Below, in pieces: positions 27,636-37,045 of a DNA stretch of 39,654 nt. This DNA is from Methanobacteriota archaeon (GTDB lineage: Archaea > Hydrothermarchaeota > Hydrothermarchaeia > Hydrothermarchaeales > BMS3B), in the NCBI GenBank assembly GCA_003229935.1, contig QIGD01000012.1, positions 1 through 39,654 on the forward strand. Reading direction: 5' to 3'. Below the pieces are notes generated by a model that saw only the letters and a program-made list of their open reading frames with translations, ran no database searches and had not been told where the DNA came from. The position numbers were made by a program, and so were the translations under genes. Within the stretch, counting starts at the first letter, position 1. Every line of letters begins with the position of its first letter.

Positions 27636-27863
27636 TCACTCATCGCCGGCGTTTTTGCTCCGTGCAATGGGCTTCATGAAATTCCAGTAAAACCCAAAGA
27701 CTGTGACGGCATTGTCCAATAGCATCACCTTCTTCGGAAAACACTTTGTTTTGCAAACAAGTCTTCCGATTCTTTCGCGCAGTATTCTATTGAAATTCTC
27801 GATGTTTGTAGTCTCAATCTTCTTGTGTCTCGGCTTTCCATATATCTCACAGTAGGAATTCAT
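27636..27863 (-). pseudogene. C-terminal fragment of IS1 transposase (DDE domain lacking both Asp regions)
   Basis: TTNIENFNRILRERIGRLVCKTKCFPKK matches the IS1 InsB tail (T..IE..N..LR....RL.RKT..FSK). The frame is offset from the InsA-like ORF, and ~150 aa of catalytic core are missing. Confidence 0.7.
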
Positions 27864-28209
27864 TCATCATTTCTGCATGCTCAGCCATGTCCTTGAGAAG
27901 ATTGCTTATTGTATCCCTGTGGTGACCTGTAATACGCTCTATTGAGCGCACACCATTCTTTTCAACCAGAAGTTTGCAAATGCCTATGATTTCTTTTTCT
28001 GGCAAACGCTTCCCATAAAACGGTGTGCCAAGCGTTTCGACAAACTGCTTACCACAGCACATGCAACGAAAAACTTGATGACCTGCATAGTTGTGACCAT
28101 TCCGTACAATCTCATTGTACTTACGCTTTCTGTAAAGAGTACATTTTTCGTTTGGACAATACCTATCATTTTCAGATCGTGGTTGGGACATATCTACCAC
28201 CTCAACCAC
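27847..28209 (-). CDS. IS1 InsA-like zinc-finger/HTH protein (N-terminal part of the transposase)
   Basis: CPNEKC...FRCMCCGKQF zinc ribbon followed by HTH (GVRSIERITGHHRDTISNLL). Confidence 0.7.
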   Translation of the reverse strand: MVEVVDMSQPRSENDRYCPNEKCTLYRKRKYNEIVRNGHNYAGHQVFRCMCCGKQFVETLGTPFYGKRLPEKEIIGICKLLVEKNGVRSIERITGHHRDTISNLLKDMAEHAEMMNEFLL

Positions 28210-28252
28210 TATTAAGTCAGAAGTAGCATGTAATCATTTCCCCATTAGGACA

Positions 28253-28474
28253 CTACCTTATAAGATAATAGTAACATACTCCCCTCACGCTTTCCTTCTT
28301 CAAATATTTGAACAGCATATTATAGTAAATAAACATTCTAAGATGATTCTTTTTTATTGTATATCCTCTGTCCTCCAGCCGGGTTATAATATCCTTTATT
28401 GTAAGCTTCTCATACCCTTCAAAAACGCTTAAAATCGTCTTAACTTTAGTATGAGAGTTCCTGAACCTCTTCAT
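28253..28474 (-). CDS. Small hypothetical protein, winged-helix-like
   Basis: 73 aa. LTIKDIITRLEDRGYTIKKNHLRMFIYY looks like a wHTH recognition segment. The stop codon lies inside the IS1 end. Confidence 0.4.
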   Translation of the reverse strand: MKRFRNSHTKVKTILSVFEGYEKLTIKDIITRLEDRGYTIKKNHLRMFIYYNMLFKYLKKESVRGVCYYYLIR

Positions 28475-28602
28475 TAATCTCCCTCACTCAACTTTATTAA
28501 TATATATACTTAGTCCATATATATAAAAATTTGTTTGATAGAATTTTACCAAAAAATGAATAACTAACTTTTTTTATAACCGTTAAACTTCCCAGATGTA
28601 CC

Positions 28603-29772
28603 ATGCAGATTTACACTACATTTCCAGAAGGAGTCAGATATCTCTGCAATATTGAAGAATGCAGTGGATGCTGCACACTTTTTGAAGATATCAGAATTTA
28701 TGACGATGAAATTGAAAAGTTTGAAGCAATGGGATATAGCAAATTTTATGAAATACGTGAAAATTATAATTTTTTGAAGCATCCATGCCATTTTTTAGAA
28801 GGAAAGTTTTGTAGTATTCATAAAAAATCTGAAAAATTCAATAAATTCTCAACATGCAGGAAATATCCTTTTTATGCTGTTATGCTCAGAAATAAAAATA
28901 TTGTTGTGGATGTGAAATGGGCATGTCCCGGTATATCTCTCGAAAGGGGAGAAATTATTGATAAAAAACTTCTCCTTAAAGAATTTCTCCAAGCAGAGAA
29001 CCCGCCTCTATCCTCTCTGGATGAGGTGGTTTACTTTCACAATTCAAGCAGACAAAAAATAGAGTGGAAAGCTCTGGAAGGACTCTATTCTATTATTTCT
29101 GATGCGCTTATAACAGAGAATATCAGTATATATAAGAGCATTTTACTCTTGACAGGACTGGTAAGGAAAATCGGGTCAGAACTCGGTTCAAAGCCACTGG
29201 TAACCACAGGAGATTTAAGATTTATTGAAGATTTCCTGCAGAACTACGATGTAGAAGAATTTATAGAGCAGACAAGAACTGGGACACCTATCGATATGGA
29301 CTTTATTGGCTTTTCATCCATTCTCAACAGTATCTTTGAATTTGAGATAAACCCTGAATATGCTGTGAAAAAACTTGGCATAAAGATTGGAGGAGAAGAA
29401 AAGGTGAATTTTAATGACAATCTTCATGACATATTCACACAGCCCTTAAGCCTGAAAGCTTCAAAACTTATGAAGTACTACCTTATTCAGAATCTCAGAG
29501 AGAGTCTGACAAAACCATGGGATTTTATCTCAACCTATTTCTGGAGTCTTGGAGTGGCCGGTATGATAGATTACATAGCAAGACTTGATGCCTTCAAAAC
29601 AATCAACATTGTAACAGATGTTGAGGTCAGAAAGGCAGTGAGAATTGTCGACTTTCTGAATAAACATGTATCTACCTACAGAGATTTTGCCTTTGAGATA
29701 TACCCAAACCTTGGCATGAAATATCTTCAGTTCTTTATTACAGGTTATGACTCAGGTCTGGGAGGATACTGA
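28603..29772 (+). CDS. YkgJ/UPF0153-type cysteine-cluster domain protein with ~250-aa unknown helical C-terminal domain
   Basis: CNIEECSGCC...PCHFLEGKFCSIH...CRKYPF matches the CxxCxxCC...C.FL...C.I...RP..CR.FP pattern. Confidence 0.55.
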   Translation: MQIYTTFPEGVRYLCNIEECSGCCTLFEDIRIYDDEIEKFEAMGYSKFYEIRENYNFLKHPCHFLEGKFCSIHKKSEKFNKFSTCRKYPFYAVMLRNKNIVVDVKWACPGISLERGEIIDKKLLLKEFLQAENPPLSSLDEVVYFHNSSRQKIEWKALEGLYSIISDALITENISIYKSILLLTGLVRKIGSELGSKPLVTTGDLRFIEDFLQNYDVEEFIEQTRTGTPIDMDFIGFSSILNSIFEFEINPEYAVKKLGIKIGGEEKVNFNDNLHDIFTQPLSLKASKLMKYYLIQNLRESLTKPWDFISTYFWSLGVAGMIDYIARLDAFKTINIVTDVEVRKAVRIVDFLNKHVSTYRDFAFEIYPNLGMKYLQFFITGYDSGLGGY

Positions 29773-29837
29773 TACTTCATACTTTGGAAAATTCCTGTGA
29801 ATGTTAAGACAGACATCAAGATAACCGGAGGTTAATT

Positions 29838-30791
29838 ATGCAGGCTTTCTTTGACCTTGAAGGTCCTCTTTCACCCCAGGATAATGCCTATGAGGTTTCA
29901 GGCTTAATCAGGAATGGATATAAAATTTTTGAAATAATTTCAAGATACGATGACATACTGACTCTCGAGAGCAGAGCTGGTTACGAGCCGGGCGATACTC
30001 TAAAGCTTATAGTACCATTCCTAGTTTATCATAATATAACTGATAATGACATTAAAAGTGTATCTGAGAAGGCAAAGATTGTGCAGGGAGCAAAAAGGCT
30101 TATCTCAGAGCTAAAAACGGATAATTGGAATGTCTATATAATTTCAACAAGTTATATACAGCATGCTATGAATATAGCAGAAAAGCTTGAAGTAAAGCCT
30201 GAAAATGTAGCATGTACAGAGCTTTACCTTGAGAAATTCAGAGGACTTGAAGGTATAGAACTTGTGGCTGAAGTTGAGGGCAGGATTCTTGAAATCCCAA
30301 AAAAAAATGGTGATGATACTATTAAGGAGATTCTTGACAGTTTTTTCTTTAAAGAATTCCAAAAAACAGAGTTAGGGAAGGCTTTCAATAAAATTGAAGT
30401 TATGGGAGGAACAAGAAAGGCTACAGTTCTCAGGGAGTTTTTAAAAAGAGATGGCGGAGAAATTAAATCTTCTGTTGCTATCGGAGATAGTATAACAGAT
30501 TATAAAATGCTCAGGGAAGTTAAGCAGAAAGGTGGTTTAGCCATAGTTTTCAATGGTAATTCTTATTCACTCCCCTATGGTGATATTGCCGTTGCATCTG
30601 AGAGTATTTACTCACTCAAACCTCTATTCAATGCCTTCTCTGAAGGGAGCAAGAGTAAAGCAGTTGAAATTGCCGGGTTTAAAAATAACATGAAATATGA
30701 TGTAATCGGAAAAAGCATCCATAATGACCTGCTTGAAATACACTCAAAACATAGAAAACTTGTTAGAGGCGAGGCCTGGAAACTTGGTTAA
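29838..30791 (+). CDS. HAD-superfamily-like hydrolase (divergent motif I)
   Basis: FFDLEGPLS (DxE in place of DxD), IISTSY, GGTRKA, IGDSITDYKML (GDxxxD). GGAGGT lies 7 nt upstream of the ATG. Confidence 0.5.
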   Translation: MQAFFDLEGPLSPQDNAYEVSGLIRNGYKIFEIISRYDDILTLESRAGYEPGDTLKLIVPFLVYHNITDNDIKSVSEKAKIVQGAKRLISELKTDNWNVYIISTSYIQHAMNIAEKLEVKPENVACTELYLEKFRGLEGIELVAEVEGRILEIPKKNGDDTIKEILDSFFFKEFQKTELGKAFNKIEVMGGTRKATVLREFLKRDGGEIKSSVAIGDSITDYKMLREVKQKGGLAIVFNGNSYSLPYGDIAVASESIYSLKPLFNAFSEGSKSKAVEIAGFKNNMKYDVIGKSIHNDLLEIHSKHRKLVRGEAWKLG

Positions 30792-30821
30792 AGAGATAAA
30801 AGCATAGGGTGAGGTACGAAT

Positions 30822-31965
30822 ATGAGGATAGTACAGATATCTGATATTCACTTTGGACGGGAGAATGTAAAGGGTAAAGTCGAAAATGCAATAAAACAGA
30901 TAAATAAAATAGAACCTGACCTTGTCATTGTAACCGGTGACCTTACAACATGGGGGTTGCACCCTGAGTTCAGAGAAGCTTATGAAGCTCTGTTAAATCT
31001 AAAATCAGATATGATTGTAATCCCTGGAAACCATGATTCGAGAAACAGCGGGAGCAAATTCTTTGAGCTTTACTTCGGAAAGTCGAGAAAGCATCTTGTT
31101 ATTGATGATTTTGTTATAGTTGCCGCAGATAGTACCCAGCCTGACAGAGATGAGGGTTATATAGGAGCATGGCAGAGGAGGTGGATTGAGAAGAAATTCA
31201 GAAAAGTTCAGAAAAGATAAGGTGAATATTCTTGCTCTTCATCACCATATTGTACCCATTCCAAATACCGGCAGAGAGACGAATGTCCTCACGGATGCTG
31301 GAGAGATTGTGGAGACTCTTATAAAAAGCTCGGGGGCTGTTGTTCTCTGTGGTCACAGACATATGCCCTACTCTTTGAAGCTCATGAGGACACATATAAT
31401 ACATGCTGGCACTCTTGGCTCCTTTAAAATTCTTGCAATGCCTGACAACAACTACAATATTATAGACTTGACACCTGAATATATTGAACTTAAACTAAGA
31501 TTTGTTGGTCTAGGCGAGATTAATATTGGAAAATTTATGATAAAGCAGGAAACTCCTGAATCTGTCAGCATATATCACAGACTCCACAAACCCAAAAAGG
31601 TTCTATTCATATCTGAGAGGAATGACTGCAGAACTCTTATAGCCGAAGCAATTTTCAATAAAGTTTCGCCAAAAAATATGCTTGCACTTAGTGGTGGGGT
31701 AAATCCTTCAGATAATGTAGATATTAAAGCTTTAGAAATATTAAGACAGATGGGGGTCAAGAACAGAAAGCCAAGAAAGATAGAAACATTCGAAGGGTTA
31801 GATTATATAATATCCTTCAATCCAGAGATTAATTCAGGGAATGTATTCTGGGATATCCCAGAGCCCAGAGATACATATGAGTGTAAAAATGTGGTCAGAA
31901 TTCTTCATAGGAAAATTCATAGTCTCGTTTCAGAAATTATAAAAGGAAATTATAATATATCATGA
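30822..31965 (+). pseudogene. Metallophosphoesterase fused to an LMW-PTP/ArsC-like domain, frameshifted by a 10-bp tandem duplication
   Basis: ISDIHFG, VTGDLT and IPGNHD are in ORF 30822-31220; ALHHH and LCGHRH are in ORF 31186-31965. Deleting one copy of TTCAGAAAAG restores a single frame (..KKFRKDKVNILALHHH..). Confidence 0.8.
31197..31216 (+). repeat. Perfect 10-bp tandem duplication TTCAGAAAAG x2
   Basis: Read directly at 31197-31206 and 31207-31216. Confidence 0.95.
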
Positions 31966-32012
31966 TGTGATAACACCCAAAATTTTAATTTTAAAAGGAG
32001 GAATTTTATGTT

Positions 32013-32978
32013 ATGAAGCTTTTTCAGATAGGAGAAAGGAAAATAATTAGTATTCTGGAAGAGTATTTCGAGCCCTGCAGCAATGTTGATACCAGTATAG
32101 GAGACGATGCAGCAGTTCTGAAAGTGAATAAAAGACTTATTGTGGTGAGCAGCGACATGGTCAGAGAAAAAACCCATGTCCCGCGTGAGATGTCGCCATG
32201 GAAGGTGGGCTGGTATTCTGTAAACGCCTCCCTCAGCGATATTGCATCAATGGGTGCCCTGCCATCAGGCATCCTGCTCTCTCTCGGCCTAAGGGAAGAT
32301 ATGAGGGTAGAAGACCTGAGAGAATTTGCCTCAGGTATTAAAGAAGCCTGCAGATATCATAATACATATGTAATCGGAGGGGATACAAAGGCACATAGTG
32401 AACTTACAGTCGTTGTTACAGCTCTTGGAGAAGCAGATAGAGTGATGAGAAGAAATTCAGCCAGAAGAGGAGATTTAATATGTGTAACAGGAAAAATAGG
32501 AGAGGCTGCCGCTGGCTTTTATTGCCTTGTTAATAAACTTGATATTTCTGAAAAAGAGTACCTCTTAAAGGCAGCATTCGAACCAATAGCAAGGGTCAGG
32601 GAAGGTAATATTATAGCAGAGTATTCAAAATGCTGTATGGATATAAGTGATGGCCTTGCCTTCAGCCTCTATGAAATAGCAGAGAAAAGCAACTATGGCT
32701 TTGAAGTTTTTGAAAAAAAAGTTCCAAGAAGCATGGGGGTGAAAAAGGTAAGCCGTCTTGTAAATATACCAGAAAGAGAGATGATATTCCATAAAGGAGG
32801 AGATTTTGAACTTCTCTTTACAATAGCTGAGGGAGATTTTGAGCCGTTGAAGAAAGCCCTTGGCGATATGATTGAAATCACACATATAGGTTATATTACT
32901 GATGCTGGAAGAAAACTTATAACTGAAGACGGTAGAGAAGTTGAGCTACCCGAAAGAGGATATGAATCCTTCATGTGA
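32013..32978 (+). CDS. thiL: Thiamine-monophosphate kinase (AIR-synthase-related)
   Basis: GERKIISIL...IGDDAAVL...VVSSDMVREKTH...DISDGLAFSL. Confidence 0.85.
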   Translation: MKLFQIGERKIISILEEYFEPCSNVDTSIGDDAAVLKVNKRLIVVSSDMVREKTHVPREMSPWKVGWYSVNASLSDIASMGALPSGILLSLGLREDMRVEDLREFASGIKEACRYHNTYVIGGDTKAHSELTVVVTALGEADRVMRRNSARRGDLICVTGKIGEAAAGFYCLVNKLDISEKEYLLKAAFEPIARVREGNIIAEYSKCCMDISDGLAFSLYEIAEKSNYGFEVFEKKVPRSMGVKKVSRLVNIPEREMIFHKGGDFELLFTIAEGDFEPLKKALGDMIEITHIGYITDAGRKLITEDGREVELPERGYESFM

Positions 32979-33375
32979 ACTAACCACTGGCAAAAATTAG
33001 CATCCGCGGTTGACTCTATACATATATCACATTGAAAGATATACCTGACTGTTAACTTTATAATTTTATGTGGTATCAGACCTTCAATTTTTCAGGCAGT
33101 GTTAACAGAATTGTTGACATAGACATGCTAAGATTGTTGTAAATTTTATAATAATGTTTACATTCGGTATATCTAGATTAGAGAATAGGTGAAATGGTAC
33201 CTATCTTTTTTTAGGACATTTCACCTCCAACCTTTCAATTATAAGCGGTTGATTGAGAGATGATTTTTCAGTTATTTTTGAAAATGCGCATATATGTAAT
33301 ATATATTGTTTCATTTAATTGGAGTCTGGTGGATGCGGTTATGCTGCCACTATTATTTGACAGAGAGGCTAGATT

Positions 33376-33861
33376 ATGGTAAAAAGAAATAGAAAAAAGA
33401 GAAGTTTTGTAATAAGACCGACTATAGAGATTCTCGAAGGCCATACTCTAGAAGAACTAACCAAGAAATCGTTTCTGACACCTTCGCAAATACAGGTGCT
33501 TCAGCTTCGTTCTGAAGGATATATCCAGAATGAAATTGCAAAAATAATGAATATTTCCCGTTCCAATATAAGCATAACTGAGAAAAGGGCAAGACATAAC
33601 CTCGAAAAAGCAATGAATACAATAAGAATCTTTGAGATGATAGCACCGATAATTGTAAAAATTGGAAAAGGCACAGACCTCTTTGATATTCCAAAGCTTG
33701 TTTTTGATAATGCAGATAAGGCTGGTATAATTGTCGAATATAATGCTATTCAGCTTACCGATATGATAAGGGAAAAAATGTGGAGGAAGCTCAGAGGCAG
33801 AGAAATTGTTGAGGAATTCACAATCACAATACTCAGAACAGGCAGGGTTGTGGTGGAATAA
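33376..33861 (+). CDS. tfx: Tfx-family DNA-binding protein
   Basis: LTPSQIQVLQLRSEGYIQNEIAKIMNISRSNISITEKRARHNLEKA is the Tfx N-terminal LuxR/sigma-70-r4-like HTH, followed by the family's C-terminal domain. Confidence 0.8.
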   Translation: MVKRNRKKRSFVIRPTIEILEGHTLEELTKKSFLTPSQIQVLQLRSEGYIQNEIAKIMNISRSNISITEKRARHNLEKAMNTIRIFEMIAPIIVKIGKGTDLFDIPKLVFDNADKAGIIVEYNAIQLTDMIREKMWRKLRGREIVEEFTITILRTGRVVVE

Positions 33862-34471
33862 CACTAAATATTTAAGTCAATCACCACCCATTACAATGGA
33901 TGGTCTCCTTGTCCAGATTATTATGAACAAAATATTCTCCTGCTTTTAAAACGTTCCCTGCACAACTGGGATATTCAGCCTCTTTTATCGCCAGGATTTT
34001 TGTTATCCACTTATACCAAATATAAACCTATTTGAGTAAATTTAAGAAATTTTATGACAATGTACACAATATTAAGAAAATTGAATATAAAATAATAAAT
34101 TTATATAGAATATTGTATTAAATCATATAATAAAATAAGATTTGAGTGTTTTTCTCAACTACTTTTATATATATCCCATTTCATAAAATTAATTACAAAA
34201 AGCCGGAAAAATCGTTTCTGAATAGATCAGATAGATTATACAGGTGGCATCTTATGGGAAAACCAAAATTGATAAATACATCACACGGTGCTGGATATCT
34301 TAATGAAAGTAGACACTGGAATATAAAGTGGCAGGATAACTTTATATATATGTATGTATTCACACAACCGAGATATCTTACTGTTTCATTAACACATACG
34401 TTAAATCAAATCCGACGATTTTTACCCTGGAAATGTGTTTAAATTTTTCTGAGAATACTGGAGGAACAGAA

Positions 34472-35323
34472 ATGAAAATAAGAGCTAATACTGAAAAAGC
34501 ATGGAAATCTGGCAGAATAGTTCACCAGAGGGGTTATATCAACCATATCATGAAAGCACTTATTATATTAACATTACTTACTATCCCATTGCTCACTTCA
34601 GGATGCACAACCAATAACAAAGAGGACAGCATAACTGTCCTCGCTGCTGCAAGCCTCACTGAAGCATTTCAGGAGCTTTCCCATGATTTTGAAGCAAAGT
34701 ACCATATAAAAGTGGAGCCTGACTTCGCAGGGTCAAATACACTTGCTATTGACATAGAACATGGTGCCTATGCAGATGTATATGCCTCAGCCGACAAGAA
34801 GTATATGACAGCCTTAATAAAACAGGGTTATGTTAATAAGAGTGTCGCCTTTACAAGAAACAAGCTTGTGCTTGTAGTACCTAAAGCAAATCCTGCCAAC
34901 ATAACAAGCGTTACTGACCTGCGCAGAAATGTAAAGCTTGTGATTGCTAACAGGGGGGTACCTGTTGGAATATACACAAGAAAGGCACTTTTAAATCTGG
35001 ACTCAATATATGGTAATGGCTTTTCAAACCAGGTTCTTTCCCATGTGGTGTCTGATGGTATCGATGTCAAAGGTGTCTTGACAAAAGTTGTTATGGATGA
35101 AGCAGACGCAGGCTTTGTATATTCTTCAGATGCCGTAACTGCAAATGGCAAAGTTAAGGTAATAGAGCTCCCAGAAAATGGCGGTGGAGTTTTCCCGAAA
35201 TACTATATTGGTATACTCACAGGCTCTAAAAATAAGAAAGATGCCCAGAAGTTTATCAACTTTGTTCTCTCTCCTGAAGGAAAGAAAATATTGAAAAAAT
35301 ATGGGTTTGAGGCTGAAAAATGA
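34472..35323 (+). CDS. modA: Molybdate ABC transporter substrate-binding lipoprotein
   Basis: LLTSGC lipobox, VLAAASLTEAF, ADVYASAD, NKLVLVVPK, DAGFVYSSDA. ATG 34472 follows GGAGGA; ATG 34550 (MKALIIL..) is an alternative start. Confidence 0.85.
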   Translation: MKIRANTEKAWKSGRIVHQRGYINHIMKALIILTLLTIPLLTSGCTTNNKEDSITVLAAASLTEAFQELSHDFEAKYHIKVEPDFAGSNTLAIDIEHGAYADVYASADKKYMTALIKQGYVNKSVAFTRNKLVLVVPKANPANITSVTDLRRNVKLVIANRGVPVGIYTRKALLNLDSIYGNGFSNQVLSHVVSDGIDVKGVLTKVVMDEADAGFVYSSDAVTANGKVKVIELPENGGGVFPKYYIGILTGSKNKKDAQKFINFVLSPEGKKILKKYGFEAEK

Positions 35324-36114
35324 AACTATTTGCAGCAATATACACTATTGCCGGCGTGATAGTAGCAGTATTCATTTTTTTTCCTATTGTCTCAGTAGTC
35401 ATAAATGCCTTCCATGCACCACCAGCGCTACTACTAAGTCATGACACTGTAGCTGCAATTAAACTCAGCCTTATAACAGCCACTGTGTCAACACTGATAA
35501 TTTTTATACTTGGCACCCCTCTGGCCTACTATCTGGCAAGGAATGATTCTGCCTTCTCCAGAGCACTTGACCTTCTTCTCGGCCTTGAAATGGTTCTTCC
35601 GCCTGCTGTGGCTGGTATTGCTCTTCTCGCCGCCTTTGGCAGAACTGGTATTCTGGGCAGGTATCTTGCAGTGTTTGGCATAACTCTACCTTTCACAACT
35701 GCTGCTGTGGTTATTGCCCAGACCTTTGTAGCACTACCTCTATATGTCAACCCTGTACGTGCTGGCTATGCAAGTATAAATAGAAACCTTGAAGGAGCTG
35801 CCTTTACACTGGGTGCTTCTGAACTTTACACTTTTTTGAAGATTTCTTTTCCACTGGCAAGAAATGCCACTCTAGCAGGAGCTATCATGAGCTGGTCTCG
35901 TGCTATGGGTGAATTTGGTGCAACCATAATGTTTGCAGGGAATTTTGTAGGTAGGACGCAGACAATGCCACTGGCTGTATATTCTGCTCTGCAGGTGAGT
36001 TTCAACAAAGCCATGGTAGTTGCAGCTGTGTTAATTCTAATATCTTTCGTGATTCTAATTGCATTCGGGGCAATCAGCAAAAGAAATAGCAAAAGAAGTG
36101 ATTTAAATGCTTGA
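35320..36114 (+). CDS. modB: Molybdate ABC transporter permease
   Basis: 264 aa, 5-6 TM segments, EAA-like loop EGAAFTLGAS....F..ISFPLARN. Confidence 0.88.
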   Translation: MKLFAAIYTIAGVIVAVFIFFPIVSVVINAFHAPPALLLSHDTVAAIKLSLITATVSTLIIFILGTPLAYYLARNDSAFSRALDLLLGLEMVLPPAVAGIALLAAFGRTGILGRYLAVFGITLPFTTAAVVIAQTFVALPLYVNPVRAGYASINRNLEGAAFTLGASELYTFLKISFPLARNATLAGAIMSWSRAMGEFGATIMFAGNFVGRTQTMPLAVYSALQVSFNKAMVVAAVLILISFVILIAFGAISKRNSKRSDLNA

Positions 36115-36853
36115 TATGTATGTATTTAAACATCTCATGAAATTTGAACTAAAAATAAGGCTCAAAATGCAAAATGGAATTCTTGCCATTCTGGGAGAAA
36201 ACGGGTTTGGCAAAACAACCACATTAAAGGCGATTGCTGGTCTTATCAAACCAGATGAAGGTTATATCAATCTCGACAACGCTGTGATTTTTAACTCTAA
36301 ATCGAATATAAACCTCCCACCCCAGAGACGTAATATAGGCTATGTATTCCAAGAACTTGCACTTTTCCCCCACATGAGCATATATGAAAATATAGCTTTT
36401 GGCTTAAAGGTGAAAGGCTACCCTGCAGTTAAGATAAAAAAGGAAGTCAATAATTTGATACAAACCTTTGAACTTGAGGATTTCAGGTTTTATTTACCTA
36501 GTGAAATCTCAGGCGGACAGCAGCAGCGTGTAGCTTTAGCTAGAGCACTGGTGGTTAAACCAGAGCTTCTTCTATTGGATGAACCCTTCTCCGCCCAAGA
36601 CCCAGAATCAAAGAGAAAAATGAGGGACGAGATTAAAATCATCCTGAACAAAATCTCAATACCAACAATCCTTGTTACTCACGATTTTCAGGATGCCATT
36701 ACACTTGCTGAGAGAGTATGTACAGTTACAAAAGATAAAGAGTGCCACATACTGCATGACATGACTCCACATATTACAGAAAATGACTTCCTATCCGCAA
36801 AACATGATTTTCAAGGCAAGGCAGAAGCAGTATTTTCAAATAGTACAACATAG
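36107..36853 (+). CDS. modC: ABC transporter ATP-binding protein (molybdate importer ATPase; no C-terminal TOBE domain evident)
   Basis: GENGFGKTT, ISGGQQQRVALARAL, LLLLDEPFSAQD, VTHD. Confidence 0.82.
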   Translation: MLDMYVFKHLMKFELKIRLKMQNGILAILGENGFGKTTTLKAIAGLIKPDEGYINLDNAVIFNSKSNINLPPQRRNIGYVFQELALFPHMSIYENIAFGLKVKGYPAVKIKKEVNNLIQTFELEDFRFYLPSEISGGQQQRVALARALVVKPELLLLDEPFSAQDPESKRKMRDEIKIILNKISIPTILVTHDFQDAITLAERVCTVTKDKECHILHDMTPHITENDFLSAKHDFQGKAEAVFSNSTT

Positions 36854-37045
36854 AAAAATGTTTTTATCTACCTGAAATTAAAAATAATTGGCATAAGGTA
36901 TATTCTTCTGTTTACATTAATAACTAGATTACAACATTTTGTCAACTGTATCGTTAAATAAAAGCAAAAAATTTTTATACCTATAATGTGTTTGAAGCTT
37001 TGTATATTTTTAAAATTTAAACATAACATATTAGAGGTGTAAATA

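Larger units (their letters stand above)
27559..28257 (-). mobile_element. IS1-family insertion sequence, internally deleted (non-autonomous)
   Basis: Imperfect terminal inverted repeats GGGGTGTCGTCCTAT / ATTAGGACACTACC, flanked by the direct repeat TTATAAG (27552-27558 and 28258-28264). It encodes an InsA-like N-terminus and only the last ~70 aa of the transposase. Confidence 0.8.

Noticed and set aside
33155-33164. Shared 10-mer TGTTTACATT upstream of tfx (33155) and of the PTPS-like/mobA pair (36909), also similar to the 11381 palindrome half-site
   Set aside because: A 10-mer of this AT-rich composition recurring in 40 kb of AT-rich DNA is within chance expectation. Likewise the 13-mer AATGTTAAGACAG at ~12691 and ~29800.
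34146-34442. 98-aa GTG-initiated ORF in the tfx-modA spacer
   Set aside because: It has no ribosome-binding site and an aromatic/basic composition typical of random AT-rich translation, and it runs into the modA upstream region. A ~47-codon open stretch without a start on the minus strand at ~33890-34030 was dismissed for the same reason.
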